Shown one piece after another: positions 20,543 to 29,412 of a stretch of 64,000 nucleotides of DNA (the stretch's first letter is position 1; every line of letters starts with the position of its first letter). The DNA comes from an uncultured Gammaproteobacteria bacterium (GTDB lineage: Bacteria; Patescibacteriota; Patescibacteriia; S139-126): assembly GCA_964620905.1 (NCBI GenBank), contig CAZUKA010000002.1:191112-255111 (forward strand), in the 5' to 3' direction. A program made the position numbers and the translations under genes. A model generated the notes under the pieces. The model searched no databases, was not told the DNA's origin, and saw nothing but the letters and a program-made list of their open reading frames with translations.

Positions 20543-20585
20543 AAAAACTCCCCAAGTATAATTCAAGGGAGTTTTGTATTTTTAT
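20543..20585. terminator. bidirectional terminator between VanZ-like(+) and zupT(-)
   Basis: AAAACTCCC-caagtataattcaa-GGGAGTTTT then GTATTTTTAT. Confidence 0.55.
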
Positions 20586-20597
20586 ATTTAAGACTCT

Positions 20598-20625
20598 AGA
20601 TTCTAAATTCTATATTCTATATTCT
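20598..20625. repeat. 27-nt repeat AGATTCTAAATTCTATATTCTATATTC, copy 1
   Basis: Identical 27-mer at 53457-53483; both lie downstream of a MITE-like copy. Confidence 0.5.
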
Positions 20626-20627
20626 AC

Positions 20628-21395
20628 CTAATGTCCATGCGGGGCCAGAGAGGTGGCTAAATAAATTATGAGTACTCCCAAAATTAACCAGACTGATTGC
20701 CAGGCAATATATTTTTTATTGGTCTCATGATGTAACTCTGGCATAATGTCAGCCATAGCTAAATACAAAAATCCACCTCCGGCAATGGCTAGTAAATAGG
20801 GAATAGCTTCTTCTACGGTTACAGCAAAAAAATAAGTGGCTAGACCACCGGCTATCGCCGTTACTCCAGAAAAAAAATTCCACCATAAGGCTTTGATTTT
20901 ACTAAATCCCGAATAAATGAGTATACCAAAATCAGCTATCTCTTGAGGTATTTCATGCATAACAATTACAAGAGCGCTGATTATTCCCAAAGTCGGGTCA
21001 ATCAAAAAACTAGTAGCAATTAATGCGCCATCAACAAAATTGTGGATACCATCACCGATTAAATTGATATAGCCTACGGATTTATTACCGTGGGTATGAT
21101 GAAAACCATGACAATGACAATGGTGCCAGTGTAAGTATTTTTCAATTATAAAAAATACTAAAATGGCTAATAAGATAACTGTTGAAATTAAACTCGGGGA
21201 GATTTTATGTTCATGCTGATCAAATAATTCTGGGAAAATACCGAAAAATACCGCCCCCAAGAGCGCTCCAGCCGCTAGGCTGATAGTAACGCGGGTAAAC
21301 ATTTGGTGTTTAATTTTTGACAAGAGTAACACACCAATAAATGAAATAGCACTAACTGCAAAAGTAGCTAAAATAATTTGTAGTAAGATAGGCAT
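20628..21395 (-). CDS. zupT: ZIP-family zinc/divalent metal transporter
   Basis: GDGIHNFVDGALIA and HEIPQEIADFG ZIP signatures; His-rich loop HHCHCHGFHHTHG. Confidence 0.85.
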   Translation of the reverse strand: MPILLQIILATFAVSAISFIGVLLLSKIKHQMFTRVTISLAAGALLGAVFFGIFPELFDQHEHKISPSLISTVILLAILVFFIIEKYLHWHHCHCHGFHHTHGNKSVGYINLIGDGIHNFVDGALIATSFLIDPTLGIISALVIVMHEIPQEIADFGILIYSGFSKIKALWWNFFSGVTAIAGGLATYFFAVTVEEAIPYLLAIAGGGFLYLAMADIMPELHHETNKKYIAWQSVWLILGVLIIYLATSLAPHGH

Positions 21396-21399
21396 AAAA

Positions 21400-21771
21400 T
21401 TAATGACAATTATTACACAAGCCAGTTAGAGTTAACTGGTGTGATATATTTTTAAAATTTCTTATTTGAAATTTATGAACACAAGGTAAACATTCAGTTC
21501 GACCACATTTTTCGCAAACTATGTGATGATGAGGTTTTTTATCCAAATAATAAAAAATTTCTTGATTAATTATTTCTTGATAAATAATTTTAAGATTAGT
21601 CAATAATTTTACGTTGCGGTAGATTGAAGCCAAATTAATATTGGATAGATATTGATGTATTTGAGAAGCTGATAGTGGATGTTTATGTTTAGTTAATAGA
21701 CCAATAATCCGTTGTCTAGGTGCGGTAATTTTGTAGCCAGCTTGTTTTAGTTTGATTTCAAAATTTATCAT
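21400..21771 (-). CDS. zur: Fur-family metalloregulator, probably Zur
   Basis: Winged helix plus CEKCGR...CNNC metal sites; in an operon with zupT; perfect palindrome over its promoter. Confidence 0.75.
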   Translation of the reverse strand: MINFEIKLKQAGYKITAPRQRIIGLLTKHKHPLSASQIHQYLSNINLASIYRNVKLLTNLKIIYQEIINQEIFYYLDKKPHHHIVCEKCGRTECLPCVHKFQIRNFKNISHQLTLTGLCNNCH

Positions 21772-21824
21772 ATTTATAATTGCAAATCATTTGCAATTAT
21801 AAATTATTCTATCTAAATTGTCAA
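21772..21824 (-). promoter_or_regulatory. zur promoter with a 33-bp perfect palindrome (candidate Zur box)
   Basis: Minus strand TTGACA(21824-21819)-17-TATAAT(21801-21796); perfect palindrome ATTTATAATTGCAAATCATTTGCAATTATAAAT at 21772-21804 overlaps the -10 hexamer and reaches the zur start codon. Confidence 0.6.
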
Positions 21825-21871
21825 ATGGTTATTAGTGGATAAGTTTTTGTTTTTTTGTTAAAATACTTTAT

Positions 21872-22984
21872 ATGCAGCATAATCTAGTTGGCAAAATATT
21901 TATTATTTTGTTTTTATTTTTTCTCCCCCTACAATTATTTGCCCAAGAGGTTTATTATCGTGCCGAGATTTTACAAATTTTAGCCCAAGAAGATTATCAG
22001 CGGGAAGATGGTTCTTCTGGTGTCAGACAGCATTTACTGCTACGGATAGAAAATTTAGACCTGGCAGGCAAAGAGATTGAAGTAAATAACTTAGATGATT
22101 TTGATGTGCTATCACAAAGTGCCTATCAAGTAGGTGACAAAGTAATGATTGCTTATTATCCAGCAGAAACTGGCGAGGGATATTTTCAAATACAAGATTA
22201 TGTCCGGACGAAAAGTTTGTTTTGGCTGTCTTTGATTTTTGTTTTATTGATAATTGTAGTTGGCAGGTGGAAAGGTGTACGGGCACTAGTGGGATTGGCA
22301 CTAAGTTTTGTGGTGATAATGTATTTTGTAATTCCAAGAATTTTAGTCGGTCAATCGCCATTGCTGATAGGTATTGTTGGCTCGTTTGTGATTTTGTGTG
22401 TATTGATTTATTTGACCGAAGGCTGGAAAAAACTTTCTCATCTATCAATTTTGGCGATTTTTATTAGTCTAGCTATCACAGCTAGTTTAGCATTGATTTT
22501 TACCAACCTTGTCAATTTATTGGGTGGTGGCGGTGATGAAATTTTATTTTTGATTGGACTTGGGGAAAATACAATCAATTTTCAAGGCCTACTTTTAACT
22601 GGAATAATTATTGGTACTTTGGGGGTACTAGATGATGTTGTAGTCAGTCAGGTTAGTTTGGTTCAGGAAATAAAAAAAGCTAACCCTAATTTAAACAAAC
22701 AAGAAGTGTTTCAACGTGCTATGAAAGTAGGTGTTACTCATATTGGTGCTATGACCAATACATTGTTTTTAGCCTATGCTGGTGCTGCTTTACCACTACT
22801 TTTACTTTTTAGTGTACAAAGCCCGCCTTTTCTTAGTTTTTTTGATGTCATTAATAATGAATTAATTGCTACGGAAATAGTACGTACTTTGACTGGTTCA
22901 GTTGGACTAACGCTGGCAGCTCCCATTGCTACTACCGTAGCAGTTTTAGCTCTAGACGAAAGTCAGCAACAATCATCAATTTAG
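21872..22984 (+). CDS. polytopic membrane protein, possibly YibE/F family, divergent from zur
   Basis: Signal/TM, about 100-aa extracytoplasmic domain, then about 8 TM; family assignment from memory only. Confidence 0.35.
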   Translation: MQHNLVGKIFIILFLFFLPLQLFAQEVYYRAEILQILAQEDYQREDGSSGVRQHLLLRIENLDLAGKEIEVNNLDDFDVLSQSAYQVGDKVMIAYYPAETGEGYFQIQDYVRTKSLFWLSLIFVLLIIVVGRWKGVRALVGLALSFVVIMYFVIPRILVGQSPLLIGIVGSFVILCVLIYLTEGWKKLSHLSILAIFISLAITASLALIFTNLVNLLGGGGDEILFLIGLGENTINFQGLLLTGIIIGTLGVLDDVVVSQVSLVQEIKKANPNLNKQEVFQRAMKVGVTHIGAMTNTLFLAYAGAALPLLLLFSVQSPPFLSFFDVINNELIATEIVRTLTGSVGLTLAAPIATTVAVLALDESQQQSSI

Positions 22985-23007
22985 GATTTATTTGTTATAA
23001 TGTTTAT

Positions 23008-24315
23008 ATGAAGAAAAAAAACAATCACGTTCATGTGGTAGCCGTTGATATGGGTTATGGACATTTGCGGGCGGCTTACAATTTAAATGGTTTGATTGGC
23101 GGACAAGTTTATAGTGTCAATCGTTATCCTGGCATTCCCAAAACCGATCGGCAGATTTGGGAACAAAGCCGCAAATTTTATGAATTTGTTTCCAAATTTA
23201 AAAATGTTCCCCTAGTTGGTGATAAAGTATTTGCCTATTTTGATAAGTTTCAACAGATTGAAAATTTTTATCCGACTAGAGACATGACCAAGCCCAGTTT
23301 GCAACTTTCCCAAACTTTACAATTAATCCGTCGCAAACAATGGGGTAAACATTTTATTACCATGTTGAACAAAGATTCCCGGCCATTGGTATCAACTTTT
23401 TTCGCTACTGCTTATATGGCCGAAGAGTTTGGCTATCAAGATAATATTTATTTGGTGGTGTGTGATGCTGATATAAGTCGGGCTTGGGCAACTGATAAAG
23501 CCCATGTTAGTCGGATAAAATATTTTGTTCCAACCGAACGTGCACGAACACGTTTGAAAATGTATGGCGTCAGAGAAGAGAATATTTATTTGACTGGCTT
23601 TCCTTTACCTAAGGAAAATACTGGCTCGGAGAGATTGACAATTTTGAAGAAAGATTTAGGGATGAGGCTAGCAAACCTTGATCCCACAGGTAAATATATC
23701 AAAAGGTATGAACGGACTTTACACAAATATTTGGACGGACATTTACGTCGTAAAGCTATTAGACCATTGACTATTATGTTTGCGGTAGGTGGTGCTGGTG
23801 CCCAGCGCGAAATTGGTGTAGCTATAGTAAAGTCATTACGTCAGCAGTTGACGGCCGGTAAAGTAAAAATTATTTTGGTAGCCGGTATTCACAATAATGT
23901 CAGTCAATATTTTCGGCAAGAAATAATTGGTTTGGGTTTGAGAAATGAGATTAATCGTGGCATAGAAATTATTTACGCACCAAATAAACCGGCTTATTTT
24001 GCGGCTTTCAATCAAGCCCTACATCAAACGGATATTATCTGGACCAAACCATCGGAACTTTCTTTTTATACGGCGCTGGGACTCCCATTTATTTTAACCG
24101 AACCAATTGGCAGTCAAGAAATATGTAACCGGGGTTGGTTGGAAAATATCGGTTCTGGATTAAGACAAAAATCAGTAGAGCATACCGTTGAATGGTTGTT
24201 TGAGTTGATTGATTCTGGTTGGTTCGCGGAAGCGGCGGTTGAGGGTTTTTTGGAAGCACCCAATTTGGGTACCTATGAGATTGAAAAGATTATACAGAAG
24301 AATTATAAGCTCTAA
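23008..24315 (+). CDS. GT-B fold glycosyltransferase (MurG/MGDG-synthase-like)
   Basis: N-terminal VDMGYGHLRAA resembles the GGxGHxxxA loop; C-terminal VGGAGAQ...ILVAGIHN resembles MurG-like domains. Confidence 0.45.
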   Translation: MKKKNNHVHVVAVDMGYGHLRAAYNLNGLIGGQVYSVNRYPGIPKTDRQIWEQSRKFYEFVSKFKNVPLVGDKVFAYFDKFQQIENFYPTRDMTKPSLQLSQTLQLIRRKQWGKHFITMLNKDSRPLVSTFFATAYMAEEFGYQDNIYLVVCDADISRAWATDKAHVSRIKYFVPTERARTRLKMYGVREENIYLTGFPLPKENTGSERLTILKKDLGMRLANLDPTGKYIKRYERTLHKYLDGHLRRKAIRPLTIMFAVGGAGAQREIGVAIVKSLRQQLTAGKVKIILVAGIHNNVSQYFRQEIIGLGLRNEINRGIEIIYAPNKPAYFAAFNQALHQTDIIWTKPSELSFYTALGLPFILTEPIGSQEICNRGWLENIGSGLRQKSVEHTVEWLFELIDSGWFAEAAVEGFLEAPNLGTYEIEKIIQKNYKL

Positions 24316-24399
24316 ATTTCAAATTCAAAATTTCAAAAACAAACAAATACAAATTATAAATTAATTCTGAAGATTGAAAAAAATTTATTTTTCCAGCTA

Positions 24400-25056
24400 T
24401 TAGCTGGTTATTTTTTTGAAAACAATTTGTTCCAGACGCCAGACCAGTTGCACAATCAAGTTGATAACAATCAAACCAATGGCCAGTAAAGCCAGATTGA
24501 TTGCGGGCGGCCAGGTAATAAAGAAAAATAAGACTAGGGCCGGCCAAATATGGGACAAATCTTTTTTAGATGGACCAATCATTGCACCCATGTTGAGTGA
24601 TAGTAGGATGATCAGCCAGGTTTGCCAGTGAGTGATATTTAATTGCTGCCAAAAATTATCAAGCCAAGTTATAAAGTTATTACTATTTACTAGGCTGATA
24701 ATTTGAATATAATCGTCAAGTAAATAATGATTCATCAGCCATAAAGTTAGTAAGCCTCCGCCAATTGGTGCTAGAGATATTAAAATTTGACCAACCAAAG
24801 GAAGTCGGGATGGTTCGTGGACCACTTTTGGTTGACGGGAAAAGAAAGAAATTTTTTGAATACGCGCTCCAGTAGCCAGGCACATCAGAGCATGAGACAA
24901 CTCATGAATAACAGCACCTAGGTAATACAACCCAGTCATTAATGGTGAACGAAAATAACGGCTATTGAGCCAGTGGCTAAAATATCCCAGTCCGCTGATA
25001 CAGATTGTCAAAATTCCTAAATTTAACCAAGTCCAGTTTGTCAAAATATTTGTCAT
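24400..25056 (-). CDS. membrane zinc metalloprotease-like protein (HExxH, M50B-like)
   Basis: HELSHAL within a TM region; about 6 TM. Confidence 0.4.
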   Translation of the reverse strand: MTNILTNWTWLNLGILTICISGLGYFSHWLNSRYFRSPLMTGLYYLGAVIHELSHALMCLATGARIQKISFFSRQPKVVHEPSRLPLVGQILISLAPIGGGLLTLWLMNHYLLDDYIQIISLVNSNNFITWLDNFWQQLNITHWQTWLIILLSLNMGAMIGPSKKDLSHIWPALVLFFFITWPPAINLALLAIGLIVINLIVQLVWRLEQIVFKKITS

Positions 25057-25058
25057 AA

Positions 25059-25892
25059 TTAACGGAAATATTGCAAATTCACTTTGCCAAATTCATCTAT
25101 TTTTAGATAGCTACAGTGACCAGGTTCTATCCAGTCACCAGAGTTATAAAAAAATTTAGTGACTTTTTCCTTTGGTCGATTTTTGCTAGATAAGTATTGG
25201 GTAACATCCATTAGATTGATTGGTATTGGCAATGGTTTTTTTTGTTTTAGGGTCCATTCGAGAATTTTTGGTTCGTGAGTATGACCCAAAATTAGTCCGT
25301 GATATTTTCTTTTACGCAAAAAGCGTCGACAACGTCTCTCGAAAAGCATTGACCAGCTAGTATAGCGACGAAAAATACGGACAATGTTTTCAGTTAGTCC
25401 AATACCTAAAAAATTATCAAAAGCAATAGTGACTCGGTAGCCGATATCTGACCAAGCAGATGCTAGTTTGTGTTCGGCAATAAAAGTGTCAAACATGTGA
25501 CCGTGATTTACCAAGAAAGAAAAACCGTTGCGGTTTAATTGGTAAGCTGGCAGGATACGGATATTATTTAAGCCGATGGCACTGAAGGTTTCGTGTAAAA
25601 AATTTATTTGTTTGGGGTTGAGCGGGTCGTGATTGCCTAGAGTATAAATTATTTTTACTCCCCGTTGGTTGATAGCTACTAGTTTTTTTAAAATCTCATT
25701 ACTAGTAGTAATAATTTTTTCATAAGGTTGCCAGTTGAGATCAAAAATATCACCATTTAGTATTAACTTGTTGAATGGTTGGATTTGCAAAAGTTCATCC
25801 AAAAACAGATTTATTTTTTTTATTTGTGTGCCAGGAAACCCTAGATGCCAGTCAGATACGATCAGGGTATCGGTGGAGTTTAAATTTAACAT
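25059..25892 (-). CDS. calcineurin-like metallophosphoesterase (LpxH-like fold)
   Basis: SDWHLG, NGDIFD, GNHD, GHTH metallophosphatase motifs. Confidence 0.6.
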   Translation of the reverse strand: MLNLNSTDTLIVSDWHLGFPGTQIKKINLFLDELLQIQPFNKLILNGDIFDLNWQPYEKIITTSNEILKKLVAINQRGVKIIYTLGNHDPLNPKQINFLHETFSAIGLNNIRILPAYQLNRNGFSFLVNHGHMFDTFIAEHKLASAWSDIGYRVTIAFDNFLGIGLTENIVRIFRRYTSWSMLFERRCRRFLRKRKYHGLILGHTHEPKILEWTLKQKKPLPIPINLMDVTQYLSSKNRPKEKVTKFFYNSGDWIEPGHCSYLKIDEFGKVNLQYFR

Positions 25893-25902
25893 AAGTATAT
25901 TT

Positions 25903-25968
25903 TAGCATCTTTTTTAATTTATTTTAATTTTGACTTTTTGTCTAAAAATAAGTAGAATTTAGATGCTA
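25903..25968 (+). promoter_or_regulatory. asnS promoter flanked by an 8-9 bp inverted repeat
   Basis: TTGACT(25931-36)-17-TAGAAT(25954-59) lying between TAGCATCT(25903-10) and AGATGCTA(25961-68). Confidence 0.45.
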
Positions 25969-26033
25969 ATTATAAATATTCAATTATAAATTGTAAATAA
26001 AAATTATTATTTATAATTTTTCTAATTAATTTT

Positions 26034-27350
26034 ATGAACATTTTTCTCAAAGATATAGCAAAATATAAAGATCAAGAGGTGACCATCAAGGGATGGGTTT
26101 TTAATTTGCGTTCTAGTGGTAAAATCGCATTTTTACAGCTGCGTGATGGTAGCGGATTTGTTCAAGCGATTGTGGAACTGTCCAATTTGAAAAAGATACA
26201 AGGTGAGAAAAAAGGCGAAGAGATTTGGGAGCAGGTAAAAAAAATTACTTTAGAAACCAGCATTATCATCACTGGTCAAGTGACAGCTCATCCCAAGCAA
26301 GCGGGAATTTTTGAATTGCAAGTTTGTGATTTGCAACTGGTACAAATTGCTAGTGAGTGGCCAATTGGGAAAAAAGAGCACGGCCCGGAATTTTTACTTG
26401 ATCAACGTCATTTGTGGCTACGCAGTCAGAAACAATGGGCGATTCAAAGAGTCAGAAATACAGTTATCAATGCCATTTATGAATATTTAAATAAGCAAGG
26501 TTTTATCAAGATTGATGCACCGATTCTGACCCCAACTTCTTGTGAAGGAACCACTACCTTGTTTGAGGTGCCATATTTTGATTTGGGCAGTGCTTATTTG
26601 TCACAATCCGGACAACTTTATATTGAAGCGGCAATTTTTTCTCACGGTCGAGTGTTTGATTTTGGACCTGTTTTTAGAGCGGAAAAATCAAAAACTAGAC
26701 GTCACCTGACTGAGTTTTGGATGATGGACGCGGAAGCTGCATTTGTGGAACATGAAGAAAATATGAAGATTCAGGAAGAACTGATTAGCTTTGTAGCTAC
26801 TAAGGTTTTGTCAGATAATTTAGTTGAGTTGCAAATTCTTGAGCGAGATATTGAACCGCTGAAAAAAATAAAGCCACCTTTTATACGTATAACCCATGCT
26901 GAAGCAGTAAAGAAATTACAAGGTTTGGGCAGTGATATTAAAGAAGGAGAAGATTTAGGGGGCGATGATGAAACATTACTCACCCAAGACAGTGCTGTAC
27001 CGGTATTTGTAGAAAAATGGCCAAAAAGTATTAAGGCTTTTTATATGAGGCGTGATATTAATAATCCCAACGTTGTTTTGGGCGCTGATTTAATAGCGCC
27101 TGAAGGATTTGGTGAAATTATTGGTGGCTCAGAACGTGAGACTGATCATGAAGTTTTGGTTGCTAGAATGAAAGAAGAAAATTTGCCGATTGAGCCATTT
27201 CAGTGGTATTTGGATTTACGCAAATTTGGTAGTGTGCCTCACTCTGGTTTTGGCATAGGTCTCGAAAGACTAGTTGGTTGGATGTGTGGCACTCATCATA
27301 TTAGAGAAACTATACCCTTTCCTAGGATGATTAACCGTTTAACTCCTTAA
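26034..27350 (+). CDS. asnS: asparaginyl-tRNA synthetase
   Basis: Class IIb aaRS; FRAEKSKTRRHLTEFWMMDAEAAF matches the AsnRS motif-2 region (FRAENSNTSRHLAEFWM). Confidence 0.85.
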   Translation: MNIFLKDIAKYKDQEVTIKGWVFNLRSSGKIAFLQLRDGSGFVQAIVELSNLKKIQGEKKGEEIWEQVKKITLETSIIITGQVTAHPKQAGIFELQVCDLQLVQIASEWPIGKKEHGPEFLLDQRHLWLRSQKQWAIQRVRNTVINAIYEYLNKQGFIKIDAPILTPTSCEGTTTLFEVPYFDLGSAYLSQSGQLYIEAAIFSHGRVFDFGPVFRAEKSKTRRHLTEFWMMDAEAAFVEHEENMKIQEELISFVATKVLSDNLVELQILERDIEPLKKIKPPFIRITHAEAVKKLQGLGSDIKEGEDLGGDDETLLTQDSAVPVFVEKWPKSIKAFYMRRDINNPNVVLGADLIAPEGFGEIIGGSERETDHEVLVARMKEENLPIEPFQWYLDLRKFGSVPHSGFGIGLERLVGWMCGTHHIRETIPFPRMINRLTP

Positions 27351-27373
27351 TTTTTAAAATTTAAAATCTATTC

Positions 27374-28315
27374 ATGTATTACTTGTTTTTAAGTTTAATT
27401 TTATTAGCGCTTTTTTATTTTCTGGGTAAATGTGCAGACGTAGTGGTGATTAATGCTAGAAAATTGGGTGAAGATTTAGATATTAAAGTATTTTTTTTAG
27501 GGATAATTTTAGGCCTTTTTACTACCTTACCTGAGTTATCTTTGGGTATTAATGCCTTTATCAATAATTTGCAAGAAATTTCATTGGGTAATTTGTTGGG
27601 CGGAGTGGTTGTTTTATTTACTTTAATTTTAGGTGGAAGTATAGTTATAAATCGAAAAATATCTACCCATGAAATTTTAAATGACATTGGCCCAATTTTA
27701 CTTTTTTTATTAGTACCCATAGTTTTAGGTTTAAAAGGAAGTTTAGGAATAATTGATGGCATAGTTATTCTTTTTGGTTATATAGTTTTGGTATTTTATT
27801 TATTCAAGAAAAACAACAATATAACCACTTTTGGAATTCATATAGTAAGTAAAAAAGAAACCATTAAGCGAGTAATTTATATTGTGATAGGTTTGGCTTT
27901 GGTAATGTTGTCATCAAATTTAATTATTAATGTTTCAGAAAAGTTATTAGCGCATTTTGTTCTACCAGGATTTTTAGTTGGACTTTTATTTTTTGCTATT
28001 GGTACCAATTTACCAGAAATTACTTTGGTATTTAGATCTTGGCGCAGAGGAGCAGAAGATTTATCAATGAGCAGTTTATTTGGTTCAGCTATGGCCAATG
28101 TGTTATTGGTAGGTATTTTTATATCGATGCGTCAAGTTATCATTCAAATTAATTTCACCTATATTGTTCTAGTGATAACCTATACGGTTTTATTTATTAT
28201 GCTGATAATTTTTGCTCGAACCGGTAAAGAATTTAAAAGAATTGAAGGTTTATCTTTGTTGGCTATATATATATTATTTATTTTAGCGCAGACTTTTTTG
28301 TTTGTAGTTGGTTGA
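27374..28315 (+). CDS. CaCA-family cation/Ca2+ exchanger (YrbG-like)
   Basis: Two alpha-repeat motifs GNLLGGVVV and GTNLPEI, 10 TM. Confidence 0.6.
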   Translation: MYYLFLSLILLALFYFLGKCADVVVINARKLGEDLDIKVFFLGIILGLFTTLPELSLGINAFINNLQEISLGNLLGGVVVLFTLILGGSIVINRKISTHEILNDIGPILLFLLVPIVLGLKGSLGIIDGIVILFGYIVLVFYLFKKNNNITTFGIHIVSKKETIKRVIYIVIGLALVMLSSNLIINVSEKLLAHFVLPGFLVGLLFFAIGTNLPEITLVFRSWRRGAEDLSMSSLFGSAMANVLLVGIFISMRQVIIQINFTYIVLVITYTVLFIMLIIFARTGKEFKRIEGLSLLAIYILFILAQTFLFVVG

Positions 28316-29405
28316 GATGAAAAAAACTTTTTTATATATTTGCTTATCTTTTTTTATTGCCAGTTTAGTATCAATCTTGGCTTATTTGCTTTTCGCAGTT
28401 CTGGAGGGGAAAAGAATTAACTGGCCGCAGACAAAAAAGCAGCAGGTAATGACTAAAACAGTTGCTCAAAAAATACTGACAGGTGATTATTTTATTTTTA
28501 GTACGATCACTAAACAGGCAGACGCTTATCGGTTTAGTTTATGGCGTTATTTAGTAGGGACAGATAATTTAGATAATTTTTATAATTTTGATTTTTCAGA
28601 TTTATCAAGCCAACCTCAAGTGGAAAAATTTAGCTCCGAAAGCATTGCCATTCATTTTAAAGATAGTAATCTACTTTTGCATCTCAATGGCGAGATTATT
28701 GGTCCAGCTGAAAGTTTTTCCGCATTAATTTCACCCAATCGACTTTGGCTTGCTTATGTTGATCCCATTGATAGGAGTGATATATTTGTGCAAGATATTA
28801 GACAACAAGAACAAGTAGCTATTTTTGGTCAAACAGATTCACCAACCAATGATTTATCAGTATTACAGTGGAGTGAAGACGGACAGAGTATTTTTTTACA
28901 AAAAGAAAGTGTGTTATATCAGTTTTTTCCAGCCAATTTTAATTTACAAATGCTTTGTTCTTTGACTGAAATAAAAGCACAGCAGATTAAAATATACCCC
29001 CAGTTAAATATAGGTTTAGCAACCAGCGCAGTTGAGGACAATAGCCAACTTTATTTGTTTACTATAAATAGTAGTAATTGGCACCATATCTTAACCACTA
29101 CCAAAGCTAAAATTGATATGCCGGTATTGAGTCCAACTGGCGGGCAGATTGCCTATAATTTGATTTACCCTGATTTAACTTCACAAGTCTGGTTAGTTGA
29201 TATTTTACATCCCCAAGTAGCTACCAAACGTGAACTTGGTTTGGGCCGGTTGCTTGCCTGGCCGGAACCTGATAAATTGATTATAGCCAAGCAGAATAGT
29301 CTAAGTTTGGTGGAAACAACTGGAGTAAATGACCAAGTTTTACTTTGGTTAGAACCTAGCGATTTATTGTCATTATCATTTATTGATCAATTTAAAATAA
29401 AATAA
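28308..29405 (+). CDS. membrane-anchored hypothetical protein, possible beta-propeller
   Basis: N-terminal TM; LSPTGGQIAYN PD40-like repeat hint. Confidence 0.3.
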   Translation: MVEMKKTFLYICLSFFIASLVSILAYLLFAVLEGKRINWPQTKKQQVMTKTVAQKILTGDYFIFSTITKQADAYRFSLWRYLVGTDNLDNFYNFDFSDLSSQPQVEKFSSESIAIHFKDSNLLLHLNGEIIGPAESFSALISPNRLWLAYVDPIDRSDIFVQDIRQQEQVAIFGQTDSPTNDLSVLQWSEDGQSIFLQKESVLYQFFPANFNLQMLCSLTEIKAQQIKIYPQLNIGLATSAVEDNSQLYLFTINSSNWHHILTTTKAKIDMPVLSPTGGQIAYNLIYPDLTSQVWLVDILHPQVATKRELGLGRLLAWPEPDKLIIAKQNSLSLVETTGVNDQVLLWLEPSDLLSLSFIDQFKIK

Positions 29406-29412
29406 TATTTGT

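Noticed and set aside
25893-26033. T-box riboswitch upstream of asnS
   Set aside because: Only 141 bp between divergent genes, with no specifier/antiterminator architecture and no T-box consensus (AATTAGAGTGGAACCGCG). A plain promoter fits better.
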